DNA of 64,000 nt from Malacoraja senta (Eukaryota), in the NCBI GenBank assembly GCA_038087875.1, contig CM075988.1:5642001-5706000 (forward strand). Direction: 5' to 3'. The translations under genes were made by a program, and so were the position numbers. Of this stretch, positions 1 through 10,990 are shown one piece after another; positions within the stretch are counted from its first letter, which is position 1; the number at the start of each line of letters is the position of its first letter. The notes under the pieces were generated by a model. It had not been told where the DNA came from. It was given only the letters and a program-made list of their open reading frames with translations, and searched no databases.

Positions 1-349
1 TCCCGAGTCAGTGATGGGCAAGTTTGCGAGCAGCGTCCAAGTTGGGAACACTCTATACAAGTAAATAAGTGGAGCGCCGCTCCCTCGGTGTATAAGGCTG
101 ACACCTACCGGGACCCCACCCCCACCCTGCACGCCCAATGACACAGGCGTCCCACTGACTGAGACTGAGTCTCCTACTCCGGGCTTCGGGGTTTGAAAGG
201 AAAAGGAAATTTAGCAGGACGTGGAAGAATGAGGAAATCGGATTACCGCTCTGGGCTGGAAAGTGGCTGAGCGAAAGGGGCCGGGTGCGAGGCGTAGATG
301 ACGGGGGAGCCACTGAAACGCACCCCACCCCTTCCCCGTCCACCCTTAC

Positions 350-367
350 CGTAATCGTGCCGTCCAT
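350..367 (-). CDS. FLI1: First coding exon (6 codons, MDGTIT) of a FLI1-like ETS transcription factor; intron 1 runs off the left end of the window
   Basis: The reverse complement reads ggtgaa-ATG GAC GGC ACG ATT ACG-gtaaggg, with a good Kozak context (G at -3, G at +4) and a phase-0 GTAAG donor at 349. Vertebrate FLI1 starts MDGTIK on an 18-nt first coding exon, whereas ERG starts MASTIK. The surroundings are CpG-rich, with a GA repeat and GATA/ETS motifs upstream. Only 6 codons are visible, so paralog identity is not proven. Confidence 0.75.
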
Positions 368-1400
368 TTCACCCGGTTTTCTTCCCTTTTCCCCAAATCG
401 GAACAATATGTCAAACATGACACAGCCAGGAGGTAATTACAGCCGCGGTTCTTTGTCGGGCAGGCGAGGTAACCGGATGAAAGATTGGCAATTCTGGGAA
501 GTGAAGTCAGCCGTTTCAGAGGAAGCCGCTGAACCAATGATGGGGGGCTTATTACACATGTTTCTAAAGCAGGATATTTTGGCCGTCAAGATAAGGAAAG
601 AGAAACAATAGCGATTTTCTCCTTTCCGTGTTTCAAACGAGCTTTCCTGTGGGGAAGCGTCGCTCAACATACACCGGGATCGATTGCTACCCCCCCTCAA
701 TACACACACTCTCTCTCTCTCTCTCTCCTTCACACAAACCCTCCACTTAACCCTAAAGCTTGCAGGCTACCCCCCTTTTTTTTTAAACTTCAAAATAAAC
801 GATCAACATTTTTTAAAATGTGCCACACACACAACCCGAGGAGAGTTTTCTGCAGCGCGTTTCCTGCTGCTTCTGACGGACAAGCGGGATTATTCACATT
901 TAAAAACAAAACTAACAACCACGAGGAACATCAACACCGCTAACAAGAACGGGCACAAAAAAAAGAAACCTAAAACTTATATTAAAAAGTGCCGATCAAT
1001 CTCCTTCACATGAATCGCAGCAACACCGGCAATCTTCTCTTTATACAAACCCTAGCTTTTTGAACATTTTCCGAAACAGTATAATTTAGAATGAAGAAGT
1101 TACCTGGTGAAACCTTTATACATTTAGGTGTATTTATGTGAAATCCCCCGTTATGGCTAGACTTTGTGCTCCTGTTATTTGAACGACTCCACAGGTCTCC
1201 AGTCTCCTTATTCCATTTTATTTCTCCCCCTCACTCTCTCTCCCCCTTCACTAAATTGGCGAGTTAAATCCACAGCGCCCTCCCCTCCCTCTGAAATTAT
1301 CCTCATCAATCCAGCCGGCCTTTGCGTGCAGCTGGAGTTCCCGACGAGGGGAGACTGCGGGCGAGTCGCGGTGTGCAAGTTGGTGGGGTGACTGTTCGGC
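368..1400 (-). promoter_or_regulatory. CpG-rich 5' UTR/promoter region of the FLI1-like gene
   Basis: Repeat-free and CpG-rich. AGATAA-GGAAA (GATA next to ETS core) at 589-599; AACAAT (SOX) at 604-609; TTTCCTG ETS cores near 645 and 860; (GA)n tract on the minus strand at ~709-727; CCAAT-like boxes near 484, 534 and 1255. Confidence 0.6.
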
Positions 1401-1526
1401 CCATTGACAATTATCCGTCCTATATTTACATTCCTTCGATCAGTCATTGGAAACCCGGTTCCATGTCCGAGCCCCAATTAATCTCTCAGTTCAATGTGAA
1501 GGTGCGTGCAGCAAGGAACTGCAGAT

Positions 1527-1732
1527 TGTTAAAGAAGGAACTGCAGATGCTGGAAAATCGAAGGTACACAAAAATGCTGGAGAAACTCAGCGGGTGCAGC
1601 AGCATCTATGGAGCGAAGGAAATAGGCAACGTTTCGGGCCGAAACCCGGGTTTCGGCCCTAAACGTTGCCTATTTCCTTCGCTCCATAGATGCTGCTGCA
1701 CCCGCTGAGTTTCTCCAGCATTTTTGTGTACC
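1527..1732. mobile_element. Young Penelope-derived fold-back insertion containing a 170-bp near-perfect palindrome (1563-1732)
   Basis: The arms are reverse complements with one mismatch (1660), centred on AAACCC|GGGTTT. The insertion is flanked by the direct repeat AAGGAACTGCAGAT (1513-1526 / 1733-1746). Confidence 0.8.
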
Positions 1733-1956
1733 AAGGAACTGCAGATGCTGCTCTAGACCGAAGAAAGGCACGAAATGCTGGAGTAACTCAACTGGTCAGG
1801 CAGCAGCACTGGGTAGAATGAATAGGTGACGTTTCGGGTCGAGACTCTTCTTCAGACACCTTCCTCAGTCTGAAGAAGGGTCTCCACCCTAAACGTCACC
1901 CACTCCTTCTCTCCAGAGATGCTGCCTCTCCCGCTAAATTACTCCAGCGTTTTGTG
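1733..1956. mobile_element. Older inverted pair of Penelope 3'-module units, with a hammerhead-like motif on each strand
   Basis: A minus unit ending ...GACGTTTCGGGTCGAGACTCTTCTTCAGAC is followed by a plus unit CTGAAGAAGGGTCTCCACCCTAAACGTCACC...TTACTCCAGC. Confidence 0.7.
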
Positions 1957-3431
1957 AAGGAGCCTAAAATCCGGACGGGTACCTGTGTTCTTGAATTCTT
2001 TGCGTGTCAATTATAGAGGAATGTTGTTGAGAATAATATTATTGTAAATTATGTTTTATTAGTTCGGCTTTACACGCGAGGGTGTGCTGTTCAGAATTCT
2101 TGCTCCAGTGGCATTTTCTGCGGATAACGCCAGAATAGTTTACAGGGCCAAGCTTTCTCCAGAGGACAGTCCTTGCTGTCATTGTGGGGAACGGATCTCA
2201 TGCGGAAGTCTAAGGTGGTCGGCGCACCCGTTAGAACCACCCCCCCCTCCCCCCACTCCACACACCCCCACACACACAATGTACAGGCCTTGTACAGGAC
2301 CCGATCCATTACACTCCTTCTCTTCGCCAATAGACAGTAACACACACTCGCCACCACCCGTTGTTGCGGCTTGACACAAAATGCTGGAGTAACTCAGCGG
2401 GACAGGCAGCATCTCTGGAGAGAAGGAATAGTTGACGTTTCTGGTCGAGATCCTTTTTCAGACCTGCGGAATCAGATCTGTAGTTCCTTCTGACACGTTG
2501 TAGCGGCGATGTAGACATAGATTTTTCACGCTCGATCACAGACTTGGGGGGGAAATAGCGCCTTGCCCACCGGGTCCTGCGAGAGAGTTGAGGTTCCCTC
2601 AGTCCTTGTCACGAAGACGCAAACGGAGCACGAAAAAACCATCAGCAAGACAGACACAAAAAAGCTGGAGTAACTCAGCGGGACAAGCAGCACCTCTGAG
2701 GAGAAGGAATAGGTGACGTTTCGGGTCGAGACCCTTCTTCGCATGCTGCCTGTCCCACTGGGTTACTGCAGGCCCACCCAACACAAAGCAAGGGTTTACG
2801 CTTCAGAATGGGCCAATTATACTCCGTTTTTTTCTGACTTGGGATTCCAAGATGCTTGTGGTAGGGATGGTGATCTGTGAACATTTTGAAACTAAAGAGA
2901 TTGTTACGATGTACAATTTATGAACCTGCTCCGGATTTGGTAACATGTATAATTTTGATGGGAGAAGAGGCAATTTGGAGATTATAACACAATGGGCCCG
3001 ATTAACTATTTCCCCTGTTTTTTAAGAACGGGGACAAGTTCCCACAATTATAAGAGAAAATGGTGAAAGGGCAGAAAGAAATCTGCTACTCCAAATACTC
3101 CAGCGAGCTGTCTGGAGCGCTGCTCGGGGCCATAATTAATTTGAGATTTATTTTATTGGAGAACTCCTAGTCTCCGCTGACCTTAGGAAAACAAGTCTGA
3201 AACCAGGACTTGGATGCGCTTGAATGAAACATAATATAACTGCAAAGTATTTCTTGCTTTCCATCTTTAAGGTTTTGTCTCGGCATGCTTAAAAATTAAT
3301 GCAGTTATCTTTAGAAAGTAATAAATGTCTGAGTTGTAATTAGATCATGGGCCCGCAGTTCGCAGCATTGTAATGAAGGGCAGATTATTACCCCACGCGA
3401 ACACCAAAGAGGGGGTTTATCCCAAATATTT

Positions 3432-3763
3432 ACCCCCCCCCTCTCTCACCTCTCCCTCTTACTCTATCTCCCTGCCTCTCACTCTCCCTCTCTCTTCCTC
3501 TCTCTCACTCACTCTTCTCTCTCTCCCTTTCTCCCCTCTTCCCCCCCCTCTCTCTCTCTCTCTCACACACTCCCCCACTCCCTTCCTCTCTCCCCCTCAC
3601 TCTGTCCCTCTCTCTTCCTTCTCACACCCTCTCTCTCTCTCCCTCTCTCCCTCCCCCTCTCCCCCTCTCCCTCTCTCTCTCACTCTTCCCCTCTCACATT
3701 CGTTCTCCCCCCCTCTCTCTGTCCCTCTCCCCCGCGTTCCCTCTCTCTCTCTCTCTTTCTCTC
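3432..3763. repeat. CT-rich low-complexity/microsatellite tract
   Basis: Almost pure pyrimidine (CT)n/(CCT)n. Confidence 0.95.
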
Positions 3764-4511
3764 GATGAGCTTTAGTTGAACCCTGGCTCAGAGTGAGTGC
3801 AGTGAACAGACTCAGAATTGTTCCACTTTCGCAGACCTCTCCCAGTTGGACGGAGACTGTCTGAAAACCAGCCTTTGTATAATAACACAAACGTTATGAC
3901 TGGATGAAAAAAAAGTGCTATTCTAAGGGCGTTAGGTACAAGTCCGCTCACCGCCGTCGAATATTAGAAGCATAAATGTTTTCTGAAAGTCCTCTGTCTC
4001 TGCGATATTGCTTCCCTTTGATTAAGTGTTACTGCATACAGTGTCTGCAATAAATGGACCAGATTCTACGCACCTGCAAATGTCTGGTTTTCACTTTGCA
4101 AAAAACGCTAGAGAAAGGTTAGAAACACCCGGAGATCGCACGGAATATTTACTTTCCGTTAGATTTAATTAAAAACTTCAGCTTTTTTTAAACGAAAAAT
4201 CTTCATGCCACATATACGCACTCATAACACATTGTGTGAATGAATTATATTTATCTAAGGGATCAAACTGGGGCGCTCCAAATGTACTTAAAAAAGGATA
4301 TATATACTGTAACAGTTTTACAATGTAATGGGGTCCATCACAATGGGGTCCGAAGGAACCTATTATCCATTCTTCCGTCGGGAATTCAACATATTCGAGT
4401 CTTCAACTTAAGCGGGGAGAAATGGACATTTCAGCTCATATTTGGAATGTGGGATTCTACAAATAAATCGTTGCGATTCTGTTTTTATGTTTATAAAATC
4501 TCGAAAACTTA

Positions 4512-4711
4512 NNNNNNNNNNNNNNNNNNNNNNNNNNNNNNNNNNNNNNNNNNNNNNNNNNNNNNNNNNNNNNNNNNNNNNNNNNNNNNNNNNNNNNNNN
4601 NNNNNNNNNNNNNNNNNNNNNNNNNNNNNNNNNNNNNNNNNNNNNNNNNNNNNNNNNNNNNNNNNNNNNNNNNNNNNNNNNNNNNNNNNNNNNNNNNNNN
4701 NNNNNNNNNNN
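4512..4711. other. Assembly gap (200 N)
   Basis: Run of N. Confidence 0.99.
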
Positions 4712-4812
4712 CAGTAGAGGTGTTAAAGTAAAGCCCTGACTACACTCTCAGCTAACATTAGAGGTTGCTTATAGAGTCATAGTCATAGCATGGAAACAGA
4801 CCCTTTCACCAC

Positions 4813-4852
<40 letters not shown>

Positions 4853-6235
4853 GGGGAGAGAGAGAACTTGGACAGGCATGTGTGTTGGTGCCATTCAGTG
4901 ATTTGAATACATCCTTGATTAGTACATGTGTCAGGGGTTATGGGGAGAAGGCAGGAGAATGGGGTTAGGAGGGAGAGATAGATCAGCCATGATTGAATGA
5001 TGTAGACGATGGGCCGAATGGCCCAATTCTTCTCCTATCACTTATGACAATTTGACCTTATGCAGAGGGGCATGAGACCTGTTATTTTGTATGGTTACTG
5101 TATTGATTGTTTTTATGTACTTTACTTGTATTTTGCTTTAATAAATAGTTATTTGTGCTCTTCAAGATGTGCTTTCTCCATTCATTGATGTAAATCCCTG
5201 AATCCTCCGTGTATTTTGTTTCAGGTCCAAGCCTCTCACTCTTTGCGGTACATTGTAGAAAAACCTGCCTTCAAACACCCTGTCAGATCATTCCTTTGTT
5301 TCGGCCGCACATCGTATTCTGTTTAATTATCCTTCCAATGGCAGCAGATCACATTCCCGCTCCCCCTGCTTCCCTTGTTCCATTACCCACCCTGCTCACC
5401 GATCGGACACCTGGCCTCAGTTTTATTGCACTTCACCCAAACTCTTCCCATTATCCAGGCCTTTCTGCTGATTAGGAGCAGGTAGCGCCTTCCCATTCCA
5501 CACACCATGCTCATGTTTAAAGTCGGTTACATTACTCCCTTGACTTTCCCTCACCTTTGCTCTGCTCCCCTGCCCGGCAAAGATAATTGTGCTGAGTTTC
5601 CTTGTTCACCTGAGTTTTGCAGCGTACCTTTTACGCCTGATTATCTATCGGCGTTTACACTTCACGCAAATTCTGCATACTTGCACACTAGGGCAGCACA
5701 GTGGCGCAGCGGTAGAGTTGCTGCCTTACAGTGCACCCAGGTTCGATCCCGACTACGGGTACTGTCTGGACGGAGTTTGTACATTCTCCCCGTGAACTGA
5801 ATGGTTGGCTGCTGGTCTGAACTACAATCAAATGTCTGGACAAGCTCATCATGCCAGATTTATGGATAATGTTATCATTACCATCATTGTGTCCATCTAT
5901 AATGTTTATAGATTATTATCTACATACATTATAGATATACACAAAATGTTGGAGTAACTCAGCGGAATATGCAGCATCTCTGGATAGAAGGAATGGGTGA
6001 TGTTTTGGGTCAAGACCTGAAACGTCATAATTCCTTCTAGCCAGAGATGCTGCCAGTCCTGCTGTGTTACTCCAACATATGTTAGAACATGATGTTTTAT
6101 TTATGAATGTAATGGATTCTGTAGTCTCCCATGAATAAATGTCTTCATCTCACTGCGTCAAGCAATGCTGAATGTTAGTGACACATAGGTTTGAAATCCC
6201 AGATGTGGGGATAGTGATCTTTTCAAAGACTTTTG

Positions 6236-8054
6236 AACAACCATATAACCATCACAGCACGGAAACAGGCCATCTCGGCCCTTCAAGTCCGTGCCGAACA
6301 CTTTTTTTTTTTTTTTTTTTAATAAATACTTCCCCCTAGTCCCATCTACCTGCACTCAGACCATAACCTTCCATTCCTTTCCCATCCATATACCCATCCA
6401 ATTTATTTTTAAAGGATAAAATCGAACCTGCCTCCACCACTTCCACTGGAAGCTCATTCCACACAGCTACCACTCTCTGAGTAAATAAGATCCCCCTAAT
6501 GTTACCCCTAAACTTCTGTCCCTTAATTCTCAAGTCATGTCCCCTTGTTTGAATCTTCCCTACTCTCAATGGAAAAAGCTTATCCGCGTCAACTCTGTCT
6601 AACCCGCTCATAATTTTAAAGACCTCTATCAAGTCCCCTCTTAACCTTCTGCGCTCCAAAGAATAAAGACCTAACTTGTTCAACCTTTCTCTGTAACTTA
6701 GTTGCTGAAACCCAGGCAACATTCTAGTAAATCTCCTCTGTACTCTCTCTATTTTGTTGACATCCTTCCTATAATTAGGCGACCAAAATTGTACTCCATA
6801 CTCCAGAATTGGCCTCACCAATGCCTTGTACAATTTTAACATTACATCCCAACTTCTATATTCAATGCTCTGATTTATAAAGGCCAGCACACCAAAAGCT
6901 TTCTTTACCACCCTATCTACATGAGATTCCACCTTCAGGGAACTATGTACAGTTATTCCTAGATCCCTCTGTTCAACTGCATTCCTCAATTCTCTATCAT
7001 TTACCATCTTATTTTGATTTGTCCTGCCGAGATGTAGTACCTCACATTTATCAGCATTAAACTCCATCTGCCATCTTTCAGCCCACTCTTCCAAATGGCC
7101 TAAATCTCTCTGTAGACTTTGAAAATCTACTTCATTATCCACCACACCACCTATCTTAATATCATCTGCATACTTACTAATCCAATTTTCCACACCATCA
7201 TCCAGATCATTGATGTACATGACAAACAACAGTGGACCCAACACAGACCCCTGAGGCACCCCACTAGTCACCGGCCTCCAACCTGACAAACAGCCATCCA
7301 CCATTACTCTCTGGCATCTCCCATTCAGCCACTGTTGAATCCATCTTGCTACTCCACCATTAATACCCAACAATTTAATCTTCTTAACCAACCTTCCATG
7401 AGGAACCTTGTCAAAGGTCTTACTGAAGTCCATATAGACAACATTCTCTGCTTTACCCTCATCAATTTCCCTAGTAACCTCTTCGAAAAATTCTAGAAGA
7501 TTAGTCAAACATGACCTTCCAGGCACAAATCCATTGACTGTTCCTAATCAGACCCTGCTTATCCAGATGCTTATATATATTATCTCTAAGTATCCTTTTC
7601 ATTAATTTGCCCACAACTGACGTCAAACTAACAGGTCTATAATTGCTAGGTTTACTCTTAGAACCCTTTTTAAACAACGGAACAACATGCGCAGTACGCC
7701 AATCCTCCGGCACTATTCCCGTTTCTAATGACATTTGAAATATTTCTGTCATAGCCCCTGCTATTTCTACACTAACTTCCCTCAATGTCCTCGGGAATAT
7801 CCTGTCAGGACCTGGAGACTTATCCGTTTTCATATTTTTCAAAAGTGTCCGCACCTCCTGTTCTTTGAATCTCATAGTTTCCATTGCTACTCTGCTTGTT
7901 TCCCTTACCTCACATAATTCCATATCCTTCTCCTTGGTGAATACCGAAGAAAAGAAATTGTTCAATATCTCCCCCATCCCTTTTGGCTCTGCAGATAGCT
8001 GTCCACTCTGACTCTCTAATGGACCAATTTTATTCCTTGTTATCCTTTTGCTAT
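6236..8054 (-). mobile_element. CR1-clade (HER1-like) LINE, 5'-truncated; ORF2 RT domain split by one frameshift near 7530
   Basis: ORFs 7501-8202 and 6336-7526 contain KSPGPD, NYRPVSLTSVVGK, SCLTNLLEFFE, DFSKTFDKVPH, SGVPQGSVLGP, YADD and RRLRGDLIEVFKI. The CR1-type 3' UTR ends in a short tandem tail. Confidence 0.92.
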
Positions 8055-8987
8055 ACATTGAACAAGTACATGGATACGAAAGGTTTAGAAAGATATGGGC
8101 CAAAACACAGGCAAATAGAACTAGCTTACATTGGTCAGCATGGATGGGTTGGGCCGAAGGGCCTATATCTGTGCTGTTTGACTCTAACCCATATCCAACC
8201 AAGAGAGGAGAGTAATTCTTCCTGTACCATGGAAATTGAATGCCTGAGCCCTGAATACAGCCATTTACCTACATACCTGTACGTCTTTGTTGTGTGGGAG
8301 GAAACTGAGGATCTCGGAAAAAACCCACGCGGTCACGGGGAGAACAGCTGCAAGTGCTGTAAGGCAGCAACTCTACCGCTGTGCCACCGTGCCGCCCCTG
8401 AATTGGTCTGCTTCTCTTTCTTCTTCTTCTTGTGTATGGTGTGCACAGCCTAAAGTTGCAGGACAACTTGTTGTATTTGATCTTATCTGATGGTGCACGC
8501 CGGGTTGATTGCATTCATTGAAACATGGCGGACCACGTGAAGGTTGCAATCTCCCACCCCAATTGGTCTGCTCAGGACTCGAGAAATGTTTGACCTGAAT
8601 GTAGTTTCAACATTGTACCGACCTTTTATTTGCCGTTTCATTTGCCGTTTACAGCTTAGGGAAGTGTGAAAACGCACACCTCCAGATTCAGAGGCAGTTT
8701 CTTCCCAGCTGTTATCGAGCAATCGAACCATCCTATCACCAACTAGAGAGCTGTCCATCTACCTCTTTGGAGACCTTCAGATTAATGTTAATCAAACTTC
8801 ACTGGACCTTATTTTGCACTAAATATGATTCCCTTTATCCTGTATCTGTTACAATGTGGACAGCTTCATTGTGATCATGTTCTAGGCGTTCCGCTGACTG
8901 GATAGCCCGCAACAAAAAAGCTTTTTACCGTATCTCATAATAAAGTAACTAAGTAAACTAAATAACTGTTTTGATAAATCTGTGTAA

Positions 8988-9152
8988 AGGGCCTGTCCCA
9001 CTTACGCGATTGTTTTCGGTGACTGCCGACACCCGTCATAGTTGCAGCAGGTCGCCGAAAAATGTCAACATGTTGAAAATCCAGCGGGGACCAGAAAAAG
9101 GTACGACTCTTTGGGCGACCACTCACGACCATACAGGCGTCAACCCCGCGAC
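8988..9152 (+). mobile_element. Left end of a PIF/Harbinger-like non-autonomous DNA transposon
   Basis: TAA followed by the terminus AGGGCCTGTCCCACT. The same internal sequence (GGTCGCCGAAAA...CAACATGTTGAAAA) recurs at ~15538-15695. Confidence 0.55.
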
Positions 9153-9779
9153 TTCTACAAGGGGGTTTTGAACACCCCCTTGCCTCCGTTTGGAGAAGAG
9201 TCCTGACCTGATACATCATCTGGACATTCCCTCCACACTTGCTACCTGACCTGCTGAGTTACCTCAGTATTTTGTGCCTTGTCTCTGTTCACGGCTTGGT
9301 GACGCAGCGATAGAGTTGCTGCCTTACAGCGTCAGCGTCGATCCTGACTACTGGTGCTGTCTGTTCGGAGTTTGCACGATTTCCCCGTGAACTACGTGGG
9401 TTTTCTCCAAGATCTTCGGTTTCCTCCCACACTCCAAAGACGTACTGGCTTGTAGGTTAATGGCTGTATCTCTAAACTAAACTAAGCCTGGTCATCTTTT
9501 CCCAATGCCGAGTTAGAAGAAAGAGTTCAGATATTTTCATATGGAGGGACATTATCTGTCCTCTGTAGCTGAATGGGAGTCACTGGGGGCAGGGTGATGG
9601 AGGGAGATGTTTCCCTGGGAGAGGATACTGAAATCATAAGGTCATAAGTAATAGGAGCAGAATTAGACCATTCGGTCCATCAAGTCTACTCCGCCATTCA
9701 ATCGTGGCTGATCTATCTTTCCCTCCTAACCCCATCTTCCTGCCTTCTCCCCATAACCCTAGACATCCCTGCTAATCAG

Positions 9780-9962
9780 GATACTTGAATTTGGAAAATT
9801 ACCAAAGGCAATGCTGGTGGTCTCTTCTAGTGCCTGGTGGTGCTTGCTGAGGGTGGTCCAGGTCTCAGAAGCAGATGGCAGGACAGGGACCACTGATGGA
9901 GGTTGCACCATTGTGGAGTTTGCATCAGGTCTGAGATCCTCAAACACACTTCTTCTCCATTG
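9780..9962 (-). mobile_element. Degenerate RTE (BovB-like) LINE ORF fragment
   Basis: The translation VFED...VVPVLPSASETWTTLSKHHQALE resembles the conserved RTE LLYxSETW segment. Confidence 0.55.
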
Positions 9963-10990
9963 ACTGCGTGAGTGAGTCTGTGTTCCACATATATATATGG
10001 AGTGTGTGAGGTCGCAGCCCCTCTTCAAATACCTAAAGAGGCTGCTCCTTGCCTTCTGGCTGCACTACACACCCACCATCCTCATCTTTGGACACCCTGT
10101 GCGTAGGGGAGAGGGTAGGGCTGAAGATGTCCTGGTTGGGTTGCTCTAAAGGGGTTGTCCCACTGCAGCGACCTAATTGGCGAGTTTAGAAGAGTTTAGG
10201 AGAGTATGAAAAAGTGTCATGTTGAAGACCTCCGACTATGTTGAAGACTAGCTTCGACTGGCTTCGGGAATATTGAACACTGAATATTGGAGAGTGAAGA
10301 CAACCTCCTTCAATTACCTTCGATCTCTTTCGACCTCCCTTCGACTATGTTGAAGACTATCTACGACTACCTTTGACTACCTTCGATTACCTTCGACTAC
10401 CCTCGATTACCTACAAATAACATGCCGACCTACTTCGACTAAACCTACGAGTAAAAAAAGTATTGATTTTTTCCATGGCGACATTTTTTTACTCGTGGGC
10501 ATTTTGCAGCATGTTGAAAAATACGCCGCGACCTAGCTGAGGCCTCGAGTACGCGGGACTACTCTCGAGCATGAAGGAAAGTTACAAAGACCTCCTAGGA
10601 CCTCGTGTCAACCATGCTGCGAGTATGAGTCGAGGGCAAGCTCTTCAAAACTCGCCAATTAGGTCGCTGCAGTGGGACAGCCCCTTTAGTCCTAGCTAAG
10701 CTGGCCATCCGCGAGTCACGGTGCCAGGCGGAAGAGGGTTCTGTCAGAGCCGTTGCCTGCCCCTTTTTCCGGGTTACGTCCGTGCCCGGGTGGCACTAGA
10801 GAGGGACTAGGCACTGTCCACGGGCACCCTGGGGTATTTCCGTGTCCGCTGGGCACCGCGGGGGGGGGGGGTGGAATGCATCCTTGACAAGGAATATAAC
10901 ATCGTTGTTTCAGAATACTTGTATTATGGTGGTGGGGTTTGTTTTGAATCATTTAATATTGTGAATAGTATTGTAAATACGTGAATAAAT
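9963..10990 (+). mobile_element. Tx1/L1-like LINE 3' fragment (C-terminal region), interrupted by a MITE at 10150-10685
   Basis: Translates ESVFHIY.ECVR.QPLFKYLK.LLLAFWLH..PTILIFGHPVRRG...LVGLL[MITE]LAKLAIR. AT-rich 3' UTR with AATAAA. Similar 3' ends occur at ~44332-44500 (-), ~49235-49520 (+) and ~35398-35462 (-). Confidence 0.65.
10150..10685. mobile_element. Complete PIF/Harbinger-like MITE (536 bp)
   Basis: ~38-bp TIRs AGGGG(T/C)TGTCCCACTGCAGCGACCTAATTGGCGAGTTT; flanks TAA / TTA; internal CTTCGACTA(C) repeats. Confidence 0.8.

Noticed and set aside
53..418. 121-aa ORF as a complete gene
   Set aside because: Only the part up to the donor at 349 is plausible; the rest is intron read-through.
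1095..1110. Minus-strand CCAG|GTAACT as the donor of an alternative upstream FLI1 exon
   Set aside because: A single short motif with no supporting exon evidence.
3373..3890. Ser/Leu/Pro- and Glu/Arg-rich ORFs (also 35834-36661, 45193-45910, 46894-47278, 61745-62255)
   Set aside because: Translations of CT/GA/TG microsatellites.
4240..4731. ORFs spanning 4240-4731
   Set aside because: Open only because they cross the N gap.
5692..5760. tRNA genes suggested by A/B boxes (many sites)
   Set aside because: They continue into the SINE core and tail, so they are SINE heads rather than tRNAs.
10148..10687. Spy-type insertion (AAA|TTT, no TSD) or TA-TSD element
   Set aside because: Only a 3-bp duplication restores the host LINE frame, and a related end at 33429 is flanked by TCA.
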